Below are positions 35,396-49,200 of a stretch of 64,000 bases of DNA, in pieces. The notes below the pieces were generated by a model. That model had not been told where the DNA came from, ran no database searches, and worked only from the letters and a program-made list of their open reading frames with translations. The DNA is from Ylistrum balloti (Eukaryota): NCBI RefSeq assembly GCF_031769215.1, contig NW_026782569.1, positions 1 to 64,000 on the forward strand. Direction: 5' to 3'. Positions within the stretch are counted from its first letter, which is position 1; every line of letters begins with the position of its first letter. The position numbers and the translations under genes are program-made.

Positions 35396-37859
35396 ACTTG
35401 CCATTTAAACAACGGTCAACTAAAATTACAAAATTTGACAATTCTCATTCATAAATATGTAATAAACGCTGTCATTTTATTTCGGTGTTAGTATAATACT
35501 ACGAAAAATAACGTTTATTTTATGGTTTTCTGTTTTCTCCTTCCTAAATCTGTGAGGGATATGTCTTGTTTCAAGTTACATAAGCCAAATTGTAAATCAT
35601 TATCATTCTACGTTTCTACCATATTTTGCATTCAATGTTCTTTTGCAGTATGTTTAATGTGGAAAAGTATTTATATGATGATCGGACGATTTAAGGGCAG
35701 TACCAATTGATATCATAATAATACAGGTTTTTATTTTATCGACGAAAAGAATAAGTATATTCGAAACATTTTACAGATAACTGACAAAAATAAAGTTCTC
35801 CAGAAAAGGTTTGTATTTCAGATATATTTACGATGGTCGAGTGAAGCATCTGACCTCGTTAGCATTACTGATAATTTGTAGGAGTGTTTCCAGATTTTTT
35901 ATCAGGGAATTCCGGCTTTAGTCCACCACATAAACCTAACTGTGGCAAACTTCAATTGTCCCCGAGTGTCAACAGGACGTGAAGCAACAAAAGACTAGAC
36001 TGAATGTGAACATGTGAAAGTTTCATAAAGAAGTAGAAGAAACGAGAACATGCTGATAACAAAATTTGCATTGGGAGTACACATGTAAGATATGTTCTCC
36101 GAATTTTGTGTTTGCTTTCCTCCGTTGAAAAAAAGGCACCCATAGGGGCAGATCACAATAAAAGGCAATGCTTGTATACACGGTGAATCGCTTAGTGATG
36201 AAATAAAGCTGATCATTTACTGAGCTCTGTGTGAACATACCGTCGAGAGAATAGTGTACCTAGTATTCCTTTTTCTAAAATGTCAACTGCTATTTGTTGT
36301 AAGATGATAAAATGAAGAGAAAAAGAAAGCCTAGTATACAGTACACATAAAGGTACATTGTGCTCAGAGCAACCTAGCTAATGAGCCAACAGATCGAAAA
36401 ACAAGATTATAAATATCGACACCATCATTGACAGGCGATACCATTCGGCGAGATTACTTACATTGTAAAACCTGATTTATTTTACAAGGTGCACAATATG
36501 CAAGTGCAAGCCAATGACAGTAAAATAAAGTATCCGTTTCGGTATCTGGCACCGTTGCATTAAGATTTGTTAAGTCATATTTGAAATATTTAAGTATCTT
36601 AGATAACTAAAATCACCGCTCAGAAAATGTCAAGGTATACTTGTTGTTCTCAAGAAAATATAAGAATAGTTAAGAAAATAGAATTCTTTATTACTTATTT
36701 TGAAACCTGTAGCAGTGCACAGATATCAACTTTACTACAAGAAACTCTCTTTAGAGTGTTTTTGCCCGTAATTTGCGCGGTTTTTAGTATTCGCAGGATA
36801 TCTGGATCATTAGCAATGGCTGGGCAAGTCATTAACAAAGAGGCTTTTATGACGTCCTTTATCTTGGTGTTGTGCAATTCTAAGTTCGTTAAGGATAGGA
36901 CCAGACAAAAGACATCTTTAACTGAGATATTTGAGTAAGATTTTGCGTTTTATTAACTACATCTCCGTCATGTAGCAGGTACATTGGAATGGTTTTTTTT
37001 CATTCTCTGAAGAATAGCTATTGAACAATTAAATATTCACGACTCAATCCTATCGATTTTTTTTATAGTAGTTTTATTCAGCAATCCAAGATGGCTGACT
37101 CGCATAGAACGTAAATGTGGTATCAATTTCGCTATAAAACTCCAAACTGTATACACTAGACAAATGTTATATCACATCGTAATTCTTATATGAAACACTG
37201 CATGTATTACCATAAGGCTTTAAAAATAAAACGGCATACTAAATTACATAATAAACTGGAAATGGCTGATAATATATAAAACATACACTGAAAAAAAATA
37301 ATGCGTTCTGTTGTGAGGATTTCTTTCCAGCGACACACGCGAATCAGATATAATTCGAGAGATTTCGATTATCATACTAGTTGAATGCAAAGGCCTTCAT
37401 TCCTTTGAAGAACAGTTAAATGTATTTATAAACCAGTTTATATGGGTAGCAAAATCAAAAGCTTAAACACGTACTGTAGTGAAAGAGAGCTCTACCTATT
37501 ACCTAAAATTTACCCTAACTTAACTGTTTTGCAATTTACGTCTGAGAAGTTTTGCAAATACATATAACAATCCTTCAATGCAACGATCTCATTAAAGATC
37601 GATTACTCAAAGCGGAAATGATGTGTTTTATGACGGTACATCGGAATAGAAAGCAGAAAAAACCTTCATAGAGGCCAATCTGCCAGCATTTCCGAATCAT
37701 TCTTATTCTTCCATCGGATGCAATATTCTAATTTTAGTGTCTCTTTAAAATTCTAGGGAATTGTTTGTTATTCAATAAATATAACCCTATGCAAATAGAA
37801 ACTGTTTGTTTCAAACACGAAAAAGAGGTAGGGATAGTAATCTAATGTCAAGGTCAACT

Positions 37860-39530
37860 CTCATGTTTAACACGTGTAAACACGTACCAATCACATCACG
37901 TGTAAACCTATATTAACATACCCTCACATGTTAACCCACATTGTATGTTATATCATCCGCTTTGTCAATTAGAATCATTTCACGTGTAAAAGCAAGCTAA
38001 CATTGTCTCACTTCATGTGTAAATTCACACTAACTTCACATCACGTGTAAAAGAACGTGACATGTAATCGTTTTTCATGTACGATCTCGTTAACATCACC
38101 TAATATTTAAAACTGCGATAAGAGCATCACTCATTTTAAGCCATGTTGAAATCACGTCACGTGCATAACACGTCACATGTACAATTAACATGATGTTACG
38201 TGTATCAACACGTTAATATCCACTTACACTCAAATTCACGTTATACCTAACATTACGTGTAAAACCAAGGCAACATCGTCTTATGTGTAAAACAATGTTA
38301 TTTATATGTTAAACCCGCATAATCATTTAGTACAATTTCACGAGAAAAATCATATTAACATTGTCTCACATGCGAAACCATTTTCACTTTAGGTTTAAAA
38401 TCACATTTGACATCAAGGAAATACCAACATGACAACATAATATTAATTCAAACTCAAATTCTATAAAATCAGGGGGGGGGGGGGATGAACAAAAGAATGA
38501 TTTACACATAGATAACGTATGACTACGTTAATATCACCTCTCATGTAAACCATGGTACCTGTTAGATCATCTAAAATGTATGATCACGTTAACATCACCT
38601 CTCATGTAAACAACGGTACCTGTTAGATCATCTAAAATGTATGATCACGTTAACATCACCTCACGTGTAAACCACGGTACCTGTTAGATCATCTAAAATG
38701 TATGATCACGTTAACATCACCTCACGTGTAAACCACGGTACCTGTTAGATCATCTAAAATGTATGACCAGGATAATATCACCTCACCTGTTAACCACGGT
38801 ACATGTTGGATCATCAAATGTGTGTAACCACGTTAATATCACCTCAAGAATAAACCACGGTAGCTGTTAGATCACCTTAAGTGTATGACATCACCTCACG
38901 TGTAAACCACGGTACATGCTGGATCACCTCAAGTGAATCACCACGTAAACATCACCTCACGTGTAAACCACGACACCTATTAGATCATTTCAAAGGCATG
39001 ATTATTTCAACATCACCTCACGTGTAAACCACGACACCTGTTAGATCTACTCAAAGGCATGATCATTTCAACATCACCTGACGTAACGTATAAAATCACC
39101 TAAACATCACTCCACATGAAAACCACGTCAATATCGCTTTACACGTAAACCAAGTTACAGACAAGATCAGCTTATGTGTATAATGACATTAAGATTTCAT
39201 GAAGAACAATTATAAAATCACTGTACGTGCATAACCATGTTAACCACACTGCACATGTTATACAACGTTAACACTACCTCACACAACCTTCTATTCACGT
39301 GTTATAGCTACATTATCTTCACGTCACGTTTTTAACCAAGTTATATTCACGTCACATGTACAACCACGTTAACTTCACTTCACGTGCAAAACCACGTTTA
39401 TGTCATCTTACGTTATTAATAATATTAACATAACTGCACATGAATACTACTCACGTTTATCGTCACACTAACCTTATCTGACTTAAACATTAACGTCAAG
39501 TCACGTGTTCCACCACGTTGATAATAATCT
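37860..39530. repeat. Degenerate CACGT/GTTAAC-rich satellite region with a homogeneous 61-bp core array (about 38520-39090, about 9 copies)
   Basis: Core unit tgatcacgttaacatcacctcacgtgtaaaccacggtacctgttagatcatctaaaatgta shifts by 1 nt per 60-nt line. The flanks carry shorter tcacgtgtaaa and ttaac subunits. Confidence 0.9.
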
Positions 39531-40415
39531 ACGCTGTTCTTTGTTAGGAAGCATCTTTCACAATTATTTTGTCAATAAATTTAACCTTTTACGTAATTGT
39601 TTACGGATAATTACCATTTGCAATTAAAGAACACTGCAGCAGCTTATTAAACACCGGAAGACGATAATTAAGAGCTCCTTGCTTGAAGCGATAATAATAT
39701 ATATTACGATGTGACAACTATGCCCTTAGGAATGCTGAAAATTTCATTTGATTTCAAGCCAAACTAAATAATCGCCATCTTTTTATTCTTTATATTGAGT
39801 GACATCAACATTATATGATATTAGAATATAAATATCTATTGTACAAGGAGTGAAATAATTAAAATGGTGATTACAGGAATGAAGATTGATACAATACACT
39901 GAAACGTTATAAGCTTTCCCCATTATTCATATCATTTGTGTAACCCTGATCTATCGATGACTTTTTCAGATCAACAGTACACGCTCGTACAAACATCTAA
40001 CGATCGACAGAAAAGCTGCAGAACTGTTGTGTTCGACCGAAGGAACATATTGTCAAAATCAGACAACATTCTACCAAATATATCATACGTCTTACCTTGA
40101 TAGCATAGTTTTCTTCCTAGAATACATAAACCATCATGATCCGTTATGAAATCATGTTCTTGTTCTGCCTTGGTACTTGGTAGTTACAGTAAGATTCCAG
40201 TGTTGAGAACGTGTAGAGTAGTAAATAATGTGCGGTCTCCTGTGACATCGCGTCAACAGTAATCCCAACCATTAGACGCTATCACTGAGGGGAATACACA
40301 CACAATCGATTTGTTTAGACGAGGATTACTCATTTTGTTCGTCTTTATTGTAAAAGGAAAGTTGGACAAAATGTATCAACTAAGTTTCTATAACTACAAA
40401 TAAACGATAAAAAAG

Positions 40416-41965
40416 TACATTGTATATAATTTTTGACAGACAGTTACAATGATCAGACAATACATTGTATATAATTTTTGACAGACAGTTACAATGATCA
40501 GACAATACATTGTATATAATTTTTGACAGACAGTTACAATGATCAGACAATACATTGTATATAATCATGGACAGACAGTTACAATGATCAGACAATACAT
40601 TGTATATAATCATGGACAGACAGTTACAATGATCAGACAATACATTGTATATAATTATTGACAGACAGTTACAATGATCAGACAATACATACAATGATCA
40701 GACAATACATTGTATATAATCATGGACAGACAGTTACAATGATCAGACAATACATTGTATATAATCATGTATATAATCATGGACAGACAGTTACAATGAT
40801 CAGACAATACATTGTATATAATCATGGGCAGACAGTTAAAATGATCAGACAATACATTGTATATAATCATGGACAGACAGATACAATGATCAGACAATAC
40901 ATTGTATATAATCATGGACAGACAGTTACAATGATCAGACAATACATTGTATATAATCATGGACAGACAGTTACAATGATCAGACAATACATTGTATATA
41001 ATCATGGACAGACAGTTACAATGATCAGACAATACATTGTATATAATCATGGGCAGACAGTTACAATGATCGGACAATACATTGTATATAATCATGGGCA
41101 GACAGTTACAGTGATCAGACAATACATTGTATATAATCATGGACAGACAGTTACAATGATCAGACAATACATTGTATATAATCATGGACAGACAGTTACA
41201 ATGATCAGACAATACATTGTATATAATCATGGGCAGACAGTTACAATGATCGGACAATACATTGTATATAATCATGGGCAGATAGTTACAGTAATCAGAC
41301 AATACATTGTATATAATCATGGATCGACAGTTACAGTGATCAGACAATACACTGTATATAATCAAGGATAGATAGTTACATTGATCAGACAATACATTGT
41401 ATATAATCAAGGACAGACGGTTACAATGATCAGACAATACATTGTATATAATCAAGGACAGACAGTTACAATGATCAGACAATACATTGTATATAATCAA
41501 GGACAGACAGTTACAATGATCAGACAATACATTGTATATAATCATGGACAGACAGTTACAATGATCGGACAATACATTGTATATAATCATGGACAGACAG
41601 TTACAATGATCAGACAATACATTGTATATAATCATGGACAGACAGTTACAATGATCAGACAATACATTGTATATAATCATGGACAGACAGTTACAATGAT
41701 CAGACAATACATTGTATATAATCATGGACAGACAGTTACAATGATCAGACAATACATTGTATATAATCATGGACAGACAGTTACAATGATCAGACAATAC
41801 ATTGTATATAATCATGGGCAGACAGTTACAATGATCAGACAATACATTGTATATAATCATAGAACGACAGTTACAATGATCAGACAATACATTGTATAGA
41901 ATCATGCACAGACAGTTACAATGATTAGACAATACATTGTAAAAAATCGTGGATAGACTGTTAAC
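40416..41965. repeat. 45-bp tandem minisatellite, about 34 copies
   Basis: Unit gacagacagttacaatgatcagacaatacattgtatataatcatg. It explains the repetitive 425-aa, 237-aa, 172-aa and 104-aa ORFs in the track. Confidence 0.98.
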
Positions 41966-42179
41966 TAAATCAAATATTGTACTTGAAGCTATCTACCCCA
42001 CGACTTTCACCTCACTTAAACGCAAATAGGGCAAACTACGCACAAAATACGTATGGGGATAAAGATGAAAAAGTACAAAGACAACAAAACCGCGGAAAAC
42101 GACATTTGCTATATCCAAAACACCTGAAATACATATTTTGAATCAATCCAAGAAACTAATGCCAAGTTTCTAAACACGG

Positions 42180-42310
42180 TTATCATCAACGGAACTACAA
42201 GGCATGCTGACTGGCATCAAACACGTCAAACTTAATATCGTACAGCGAAATGAAATATCATCCCATGTGACGACATTGGAACTTCTCCATAATCTTATCA
42301 ACTTAAAACG
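42180..42310 (-). mobile_element. 3'-end remnant of the Penelope-like RT family
   Basis: caacggaactacaagg...catcaaacacgtcaaacttaatatcg matches caacggaaccaacagg...attaaacacgtcaaactgcatatcg at about 59822-59875. Confidence 0.6.
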
Positions 42311-43658
42311 TCGTGCACTCTCAAGTGTACCTTTTCATTTGTCAAATTCAATAAATCTTTGAAAGTAAATCCAAAATAAACAGTAATACTCTAAAGCAAG
42401 GGGACAAAGATATTTTGCAATGATCGAAGACATGTATGCCTACCACATACTTTGTTTTGAATTCCCTCTCGCTAAATAATTTTAGTTTATGTTTCGTGTT
42501 TTTGTTTATATTGCAAAACGACATGACAAGAAATTCTTTAGGGGATGCTCGTGCGAATTATATATGATTTAAAACATGTTTGTTGCATTCTTATTTATCT
42601 ATTTTCTTTTTAGATTTATATTCCTAGTTTGAAATTAGATTTTTACTTTTTTAGAATTATCAACCTTGAAAGTCAGAACATACACTATACATCAAACTTG
42701 CTACATCGTCTGTATATCCATCTTCACTAGAAGGATTAATCCATTGTAAATTTATTTGATAAAAGACACGCATGTGAAATCGTAAGTAGAAAACATAGTA
42801 CGGGTTAAATGACACACACAATCAATGTTTTAAGGCAGAAACAACATTTAAGAAAGTAGCAAAGGTAATAAGTTTCGATTGCATTCCGTTTCACCACCTG
42901 TAGCAAAACGTAACCTTTTGTTTTCAATGCAAATGATAAGAATGTTATTGTTGTACATTTTGGAGCTTTTATGAGTAATATTGTGGGGAACATCGACGAA
43001 TTCACATGCTTTCAGGCATGGTGTCACAACAAATACTGATCTCACTGATTACTAACGGACATTTACCGAAATGATGGCTTGACCGATCTTTCCCATCTTT
43101 AGATAATGAAGATGAAGACATAATGGCAGGCGAGATCGCGTAAATATGAGAAGATGTATTTCTTGCACGATGTGACTCGTTCGCCAGTATGAAGGTTAAT
43201 TATCCAATATTAGCATGACGGGTGTTCTCCATAGTTTAAATCTAGATTCAGTGGACATAATGCTTTCGGAAAAATTCAACAGGGAAAAGTCTCTACATCA
43301 CATATATTTAGTTATGATACCTGCACGGTAACACATCATTCCTATATAAAAATATACAAAATTATAAAGATAATTTATGAATTCGGTTTAGTTTCACTTG
43401 TTTATGGTATACACTTAAACATCTCATCTCCTTTTCAAATCATGAATCACAATTGCTTGAGATATTAGATTATTATTTAATATAATTTAAAGTATGATTA
43501 AAGAGGAACTTTTAATTTGTGTTTACGTCATGCATATATACACATGTATTTATATGCACCAAGCGTAACAATTAAGATTGTTCAAAAGGCACACAAGTGA
43601 ATAGCGTCTTCTAATAATTCAGAGTTAGATCTAGTAGAGCGAAACAATAAATTAAACT

Positions 43659-43702
43659 GCATCATACAGCTGGTTCGTCCTTTTAGGACTCGTCAGCAAT
43701 GC
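43659..43702 (-). ncRNA. Near-intact minimal type I hammerhead ribozyme
   Basis: Minus strand GCAUUG-CUGACGA-GUCC-UAAAA-GGAC-GAA-C-CAGCUG-UA-UGAUGC. It has the CUGANGA core, a perfect 4-bp stem II, a palindromic CAGCUG stem III, a GUA cleavage triplet and a 6-bp stem I (2 G-U). The only core deviation is A15.1 to C. Confidence 0.85.
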
Positions 43703-45889
43703 TAAGGGCCTAACCTGGTATATTCTGAACAGGGCCACTATTTAAATGTATTATCACATGGTATGCAGGTTACTATTAACCTCCGGGACCTTAAGTCTAC
43801 AACAGTTTCTTCCACCTTGCTTGTTGCAAACAAAATAAAGTCATTTGTATCAGTAGTAAACGACGTCTGAAAGAAAGGACAAGTACACATGAACCTTTTT
43901 GCTTTCTGTCAATCAGTATTCTGCATCTGACACCTTTCCTAATTAGCAAAAAATACATTGACATCACACTGTGAAACGAAAAGAACCCCGTCAGCTGGAT
44001 GCGACAGCGGTTGACAACATATGGTTCCGTTGACCTTCAACTTATAACACCAGAAAGAGGTGCATGCTATAAATCGATTGCAAATAGACAAAACAAATGT
44101 CATTAGCTGAAGAGAAAGAAACACATTGAAATATAAAATAACAAAGCTAAAATAAACCATAGAGGTATTCATAACTTTATACCTTGTCGGATTTTAATTC
44201 ACGGTAGGTAGGTGGATTTATCGCCAATCGATTGATTAAATACATGGCGATGCTAATTCCTCACGCGGGAGACATCGATATGAAAGTGTCTTAAATATCT
44301 AATGGTATTGTTATTGCTAACAGCTAGGTTTCAACAAAAGGTATCTGTTTAGAAAACATAAACAACCAAGAGAAGATATTGCTCTGGAATTTGAGACTCT
44401 GTTGGACGTATTGAGATGATTAAAAATATTTGTAACTTTAAAAGAAAAAGAACCAAAGATAAACGTTACTCTCGATAAAGGCTAGTTTTGTTATCATGCA
44501 CTTGTATGCACTTTATATTTACTTGAATTTCATACCTGATGATAGATAATGAAATATTATTTCTTCGTAAAACAAATAGAAAATGTGTTGTTTTTTTCGT
44601 TTTTTTTTTTAAAATAAAGATTCAATATATATTTTCTTGTGAAATACAAGAATATATTATTTCGATTACATTATTATTAGTAATGATAAACATGAAACCC
44701 ATCCATTGGTAATATATATTTTCCGGTGTTGACCAATAAGAGCTATGCTTTCATGTCACTGCATTGGAATTCGCCAATTTCTCTTTTCAGATGTAAATGA
44801 AACGTAGGTTGGCTAACTTTGTTTTCCAGGTATTCCAGTTGTTGTCTAATTTGGTATATAAAACAGATTTGTAATCGTTTCTTACCAGAGAACTGCATCA
44901 CTCGTAGAATAATACAGCCCGTTTAAAATGACATTGTTCAGCGTAACACCAAACTATTTGACGTCAATGAATTAGGTACTATTTTCGGAACCCTTTTTAA
45001 ATATCGGTTTCTATTATGTCTGGATCGGTTTTTATTTATTTATTTTTTTTTAGAAATGAATCAAAGTTTGATAGTTTCCACTTTATTTTTCATTTGTGCG
45101 ACGCACTAATGAAAAATATAGATATTCCGTCATACTCGTGAAATTAATTTGTACATATGATAATAAACTGGCAAATTTTAATATTTTTATTGATTTTATC
45201 AAGAAATTAGCAAACAAAATTTGGTTTCTTAGACTTTCTACGCATATAGTTAACTGCTTCGACAATTATTCAAATTGTTGCTACTTGTAGATTCTTAATG
45301 AACCATGATAAAAACAACAGGAAAATGCCAACATGGCACCATTATCAAAATCCAAACTTAAATTCAGTGAAAATATGGAAAAAAATAAACAAAAGAAAGA
45401 TTTACAAGGATAGTATGATAAAGTGAAGAGAGGCATGCATTTTTTCTGTACACGAGTTGCATTTTAAGTCATATAAGCCAACAATCGCATAAATACTTGC
45501 GCTCAGAAAACAGAATGTTTATGCCATCTCGAGAAAATCTTAATTATGAAACTATAGGTATGTAGAACAAACTTTGAACAGAAGGAGAAAGAAAATTCGA
45601 GACAAAAAGCGAATAAAAGTCCATTGTTTCATCGATGGCAACCACCACATAAATGTTTGTCAATCCAAATAAGTAAAATGACATTACACTAGTGTTTTCG
45701 GAAAAAAGAATTAAAGAGAAAATATGTTGAGTAGATAATAGCAACTTGTTAATGAAAACCGTATCTATATTTTCAAGATAGTCGCAATAATGTTCGTTTT
45801 GGATCCAAAGTAGGAAAAACAAGAGACACTCATAATTTATGTAAATGTCATATTCTTTTTTTTTCGTGTGAATGTAAAATTTGGTAGTG

Positions 45890-46200
45890 TTGTGACCATT
45901 GTTGTCTTACCCTAGCCAAAATTTAGAGTGTTGTATTGAAGTGAATAGTATTGTCTTACCTTAGCTAAAATTAAGATTGCGGTATTGAAGTGAACATTGT
46001 TGTATTAACTTTGCTAAAATAAAGAGTTTGGCATTGAAATGAACATATTGTTGTCTTGCCTTAGCTAAAATAAAGATTGCGGTATTGAAGTGAACATTGT
46101 TGTATTAACTTTGCTAAAATGAAGAGTTTGGCATTGAAATGAACATATTGTTGTCTTGCCTTAGCTAAAGTTTAATGTTATGAAGTGAAGTGAACTTTAT
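45890..46200. repeat. Tandem repeat of alternating 49/51-bp monomers (100-bp dimer), about 6 monomers
   Basis: gc(t/c)aaa anchors at 45915, 45964, 46013, 46064, 46113 and 46164. Alternate monomers are near identical. Confidence 0.9.
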
Positions 46201-49200
46201 TGTTATGACATACGTAAATGTTCTATAGTTTGGTGGTGACTCTTAGTTTATTGTAGGGAAATATCACGGAATGATCAGTGGTAAACAATACCGTTGAATT
46301 AAATGATTAAAAAGCATGTCATTTCATTCGATTTTATAGTAACGTTAACGTTAACCATAACAAAAAACATCTCTATTGATTTTTTCATTCATTGCATAGA
46401 TCACCATTTCATGAATGTATTTAGTTATAATTAATTATTAAGTAACAATTTAAAAATGTATTAAATATGTAAGACACATACACCACCAATCGCTATATCA
46501 CACAGATCACACATGTTCTGTAACTTTGATCGATTAGGCTACACAGAATCAACGTTCCATGTACGGGTTGCATCCCTTAACACACTCTCTGTTCATGAAA
46601 ACAAAGAAATTGTATCCAATACCTATGTGGGTTGGTGAGGAGAATTTCTACAAATGAATTCATGTTCATTAGATCGTTATTGAGTGTAACATGTGTTGGT
46701 TGCTTTGTCAAAAGACCAAATGAAGCTGTATTATAGGCGACACGTGTGGTTATAATAACCGTCCATGCCACACCCTCTAGGGAACACGCCAATATCATTT
46801 GATTAATCTTTTAATGTTAATCGAACTTGTCGTGTTTGCATATAGGTGATTATGATTCATAACATACAGAGTTTTGTCAATCAATCGAGGCTTTATTTTC
46901 ATTTCTATTTGTATAATGTAACACATGTCCATCAGTTTTGCACTATTCATGATGTAGATCTGTAACATATTGTTGGTTTTTATATCGACAAATTATGTCA
47001 GTCAAGTGTTTTCTTCTCAGCCAACTTGACACTTCAGCTCTCATTTGAGAGCATTTCGTTACTTTGACTGTGATGAATCTCCATGTGAATATTTAATTCA
47101 TTAATAAAATAATCGATATGAAATTCTGTGTCCGATTCTGACAAATTTAAAATCTGGCAGAGAAAATCGTAATTATCAAACGAAATATGCAACCAGTCTT
47201 AAAATATAAAAATATTTGGTGGCAGGCATACCATTTGATACATTCTAGGTTAAACAAATCCAGAAATATAACATGTGAACACAAATAAATATCAAATTAA
47301 ATATAGGTTAAAGGAGTTCAAGCTATGTACAAGGTATACATTTTTTATGCTAGTCATCTAAAGTTTGTGTTTAAACTGTCACCTTAGCTCCCTCTTTATA
47401 TTTTAAGCATTTTTCTCATCGATAAAACCATATGCTGTGGCAACGTATGTTTCAGCTTGCCGTTTGAATGCTTTACATATTTGTGTTACTTCAGAGATGT
47501 CGCTTATTGAACATATGCAATAATAATAATCTTATTTACTCCACAGGCATAGCATATATGTAATTTACCTCTGGCGGTGCATCCAATGTTTACATACGAT
47601 TTCTGTCTTTATGTGAAATGGTCACGGCTATTTTCTGACTGGCTCCTCGTCAAATAAAACCCTCTGTTCATTTGCAAAGAGCAAATTAATTAATATCACA
47701 TCACTGAAATTAATTTCTGGAAGCATCTATTTTCCCTGCAGTGATAAGTGTGTGTATTGCTTCTAAGTTATTTATTTTAAGCTTGAAAAATTCCAGTTGT
47801 AATCAAAACTACAATTAGTATACATATATAAGCAATCATGTACAATGTAAGTTGATCCATTTTTTATTATATATGATAAAGTTTATTGATAGAGAACAAA
47901 TTTAGAATCTAAACAAGTATAGCGATTAATGGGTTACCGGAAGTAATCAACCTACATTTGACCACTACAGAANNNNNNNNNNNNNNNNNNNNNNNNNNNN
48001 NNNNNNNNNNNNNNNNNNNNNNNNNNNNNNNNNNNNNNNNNNNNNNNNNNNNNNNNNNNNNNNNNNNNNNNNNNNNNNNNNNNNNNNNNNNNNNNNNNNN
48101 NNNNNNNNNNNNNNNNNNNNNNNNNNNNNNNNNNNNNNNNNNNNNNNNNNNNNNNNNNNNNNNNNNNNNNNNNNNNNNNNNNNNNNNNNNNNNNNNNNNN
48201 NNNNNNNNNNNNNNNNNNNNNNNNNNNNNNNNNNNNNNNNNNNNNNNNNNNNNNNNNNNNNNNNNNNNNNNNNNNNNNNNNNNNNNNNNNNNNNNNNNNN
48301 NNNNNNNNNNNNNNNNNNNNNNNNNNNNNNNNNNNNNNNNTATCTTTTATTTCGTATTGTTTTCAATTTGATTTTGTTTCGTTAATCCGTTATACCATGA
48401 AAAAATTGGCCCCCCTGTATCATTCTGCGAGGCGCTAAATGATCTGAATAACGGGGTTAACCTCTTACAATATAACCTGTCTCTGCTAATGAAATATCTA
48501 ACATCCTACACAATTAACAGTTTAAAATTTACATGAAATATTATAAGATTATATTGATCGTTGGTCAGAATACTGCTGAGAAGTTTAAAAATAGAATGAT
48601 ATAATACTGTATTGATTTTCGTCAGTTTGAGATACCAGCTAGCCCTACGTTTTCATATTATCAATTTCGTACTTTCTCATCACATAATAGTGTTTAAAAG
48701 GAACACCCTTTTCTGTTTTTCTTCCGTTCTATATGACGTAATGCTGGTTGAAAGAACTAACCTAACAAAAAATAAAGATTAAATTTAAATTTTCAGAAAT
48801 GTAGATACAACAGTGGGAACTGCGGTCACACTGAAACTATTGGAACAACAAGAAAAACATGTGAAAAATAACAGATCATGATGAGGTATTACACGGAGCA
48901 TCACTAATTGATAATTATCCAAAACAAGATGGTAGGCAATACAGAAACTCTAAACAAAAGGAAGGACATAATGAAGAATGGAATAGAAGTCTGTCATGAT
49001 GTCGGTCTGTGACATATGATGCCATTTCGTCTTCGAAATCAAATAGTCCCTGTATAATTCTAAAAATCCGTGACCATTAAGATACAGGGTGTCAGACAAC
49101 GTCAGAGCTGTTTGTATACTTACAATGAAAATAATCATCTAATGCGTGTTAATATGACATATGACAACAAATTCCTGTGATTTTAGTACCTCGAGGATAT

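Noticed and set aside
40380-41932. Long ORFs of 425, 237, 172 and 104 aa as genuine proteins, or the array as CRISPR
   Set aside because: They are translations of a 45-bp (multiple of 3) tandem repeat. There are no unique spacers, no cas genes, and the context is eukaryotic.
44885-44950. Possible sixth hammerhead-family copy (minus strand gctgta...tgatgcagtt)
   Set aside because: Only the 3' flank words match, with a 12-nt interruption and no recognisable core; too degenerate to count.
48797-48890. Acceptor followed by NVDTTVGTAVTLK, resembling an Ig A'-B strand exon
   Set aside because: The expected Cys is absent, the frame stops after 27 codons, and no partner exon was found.
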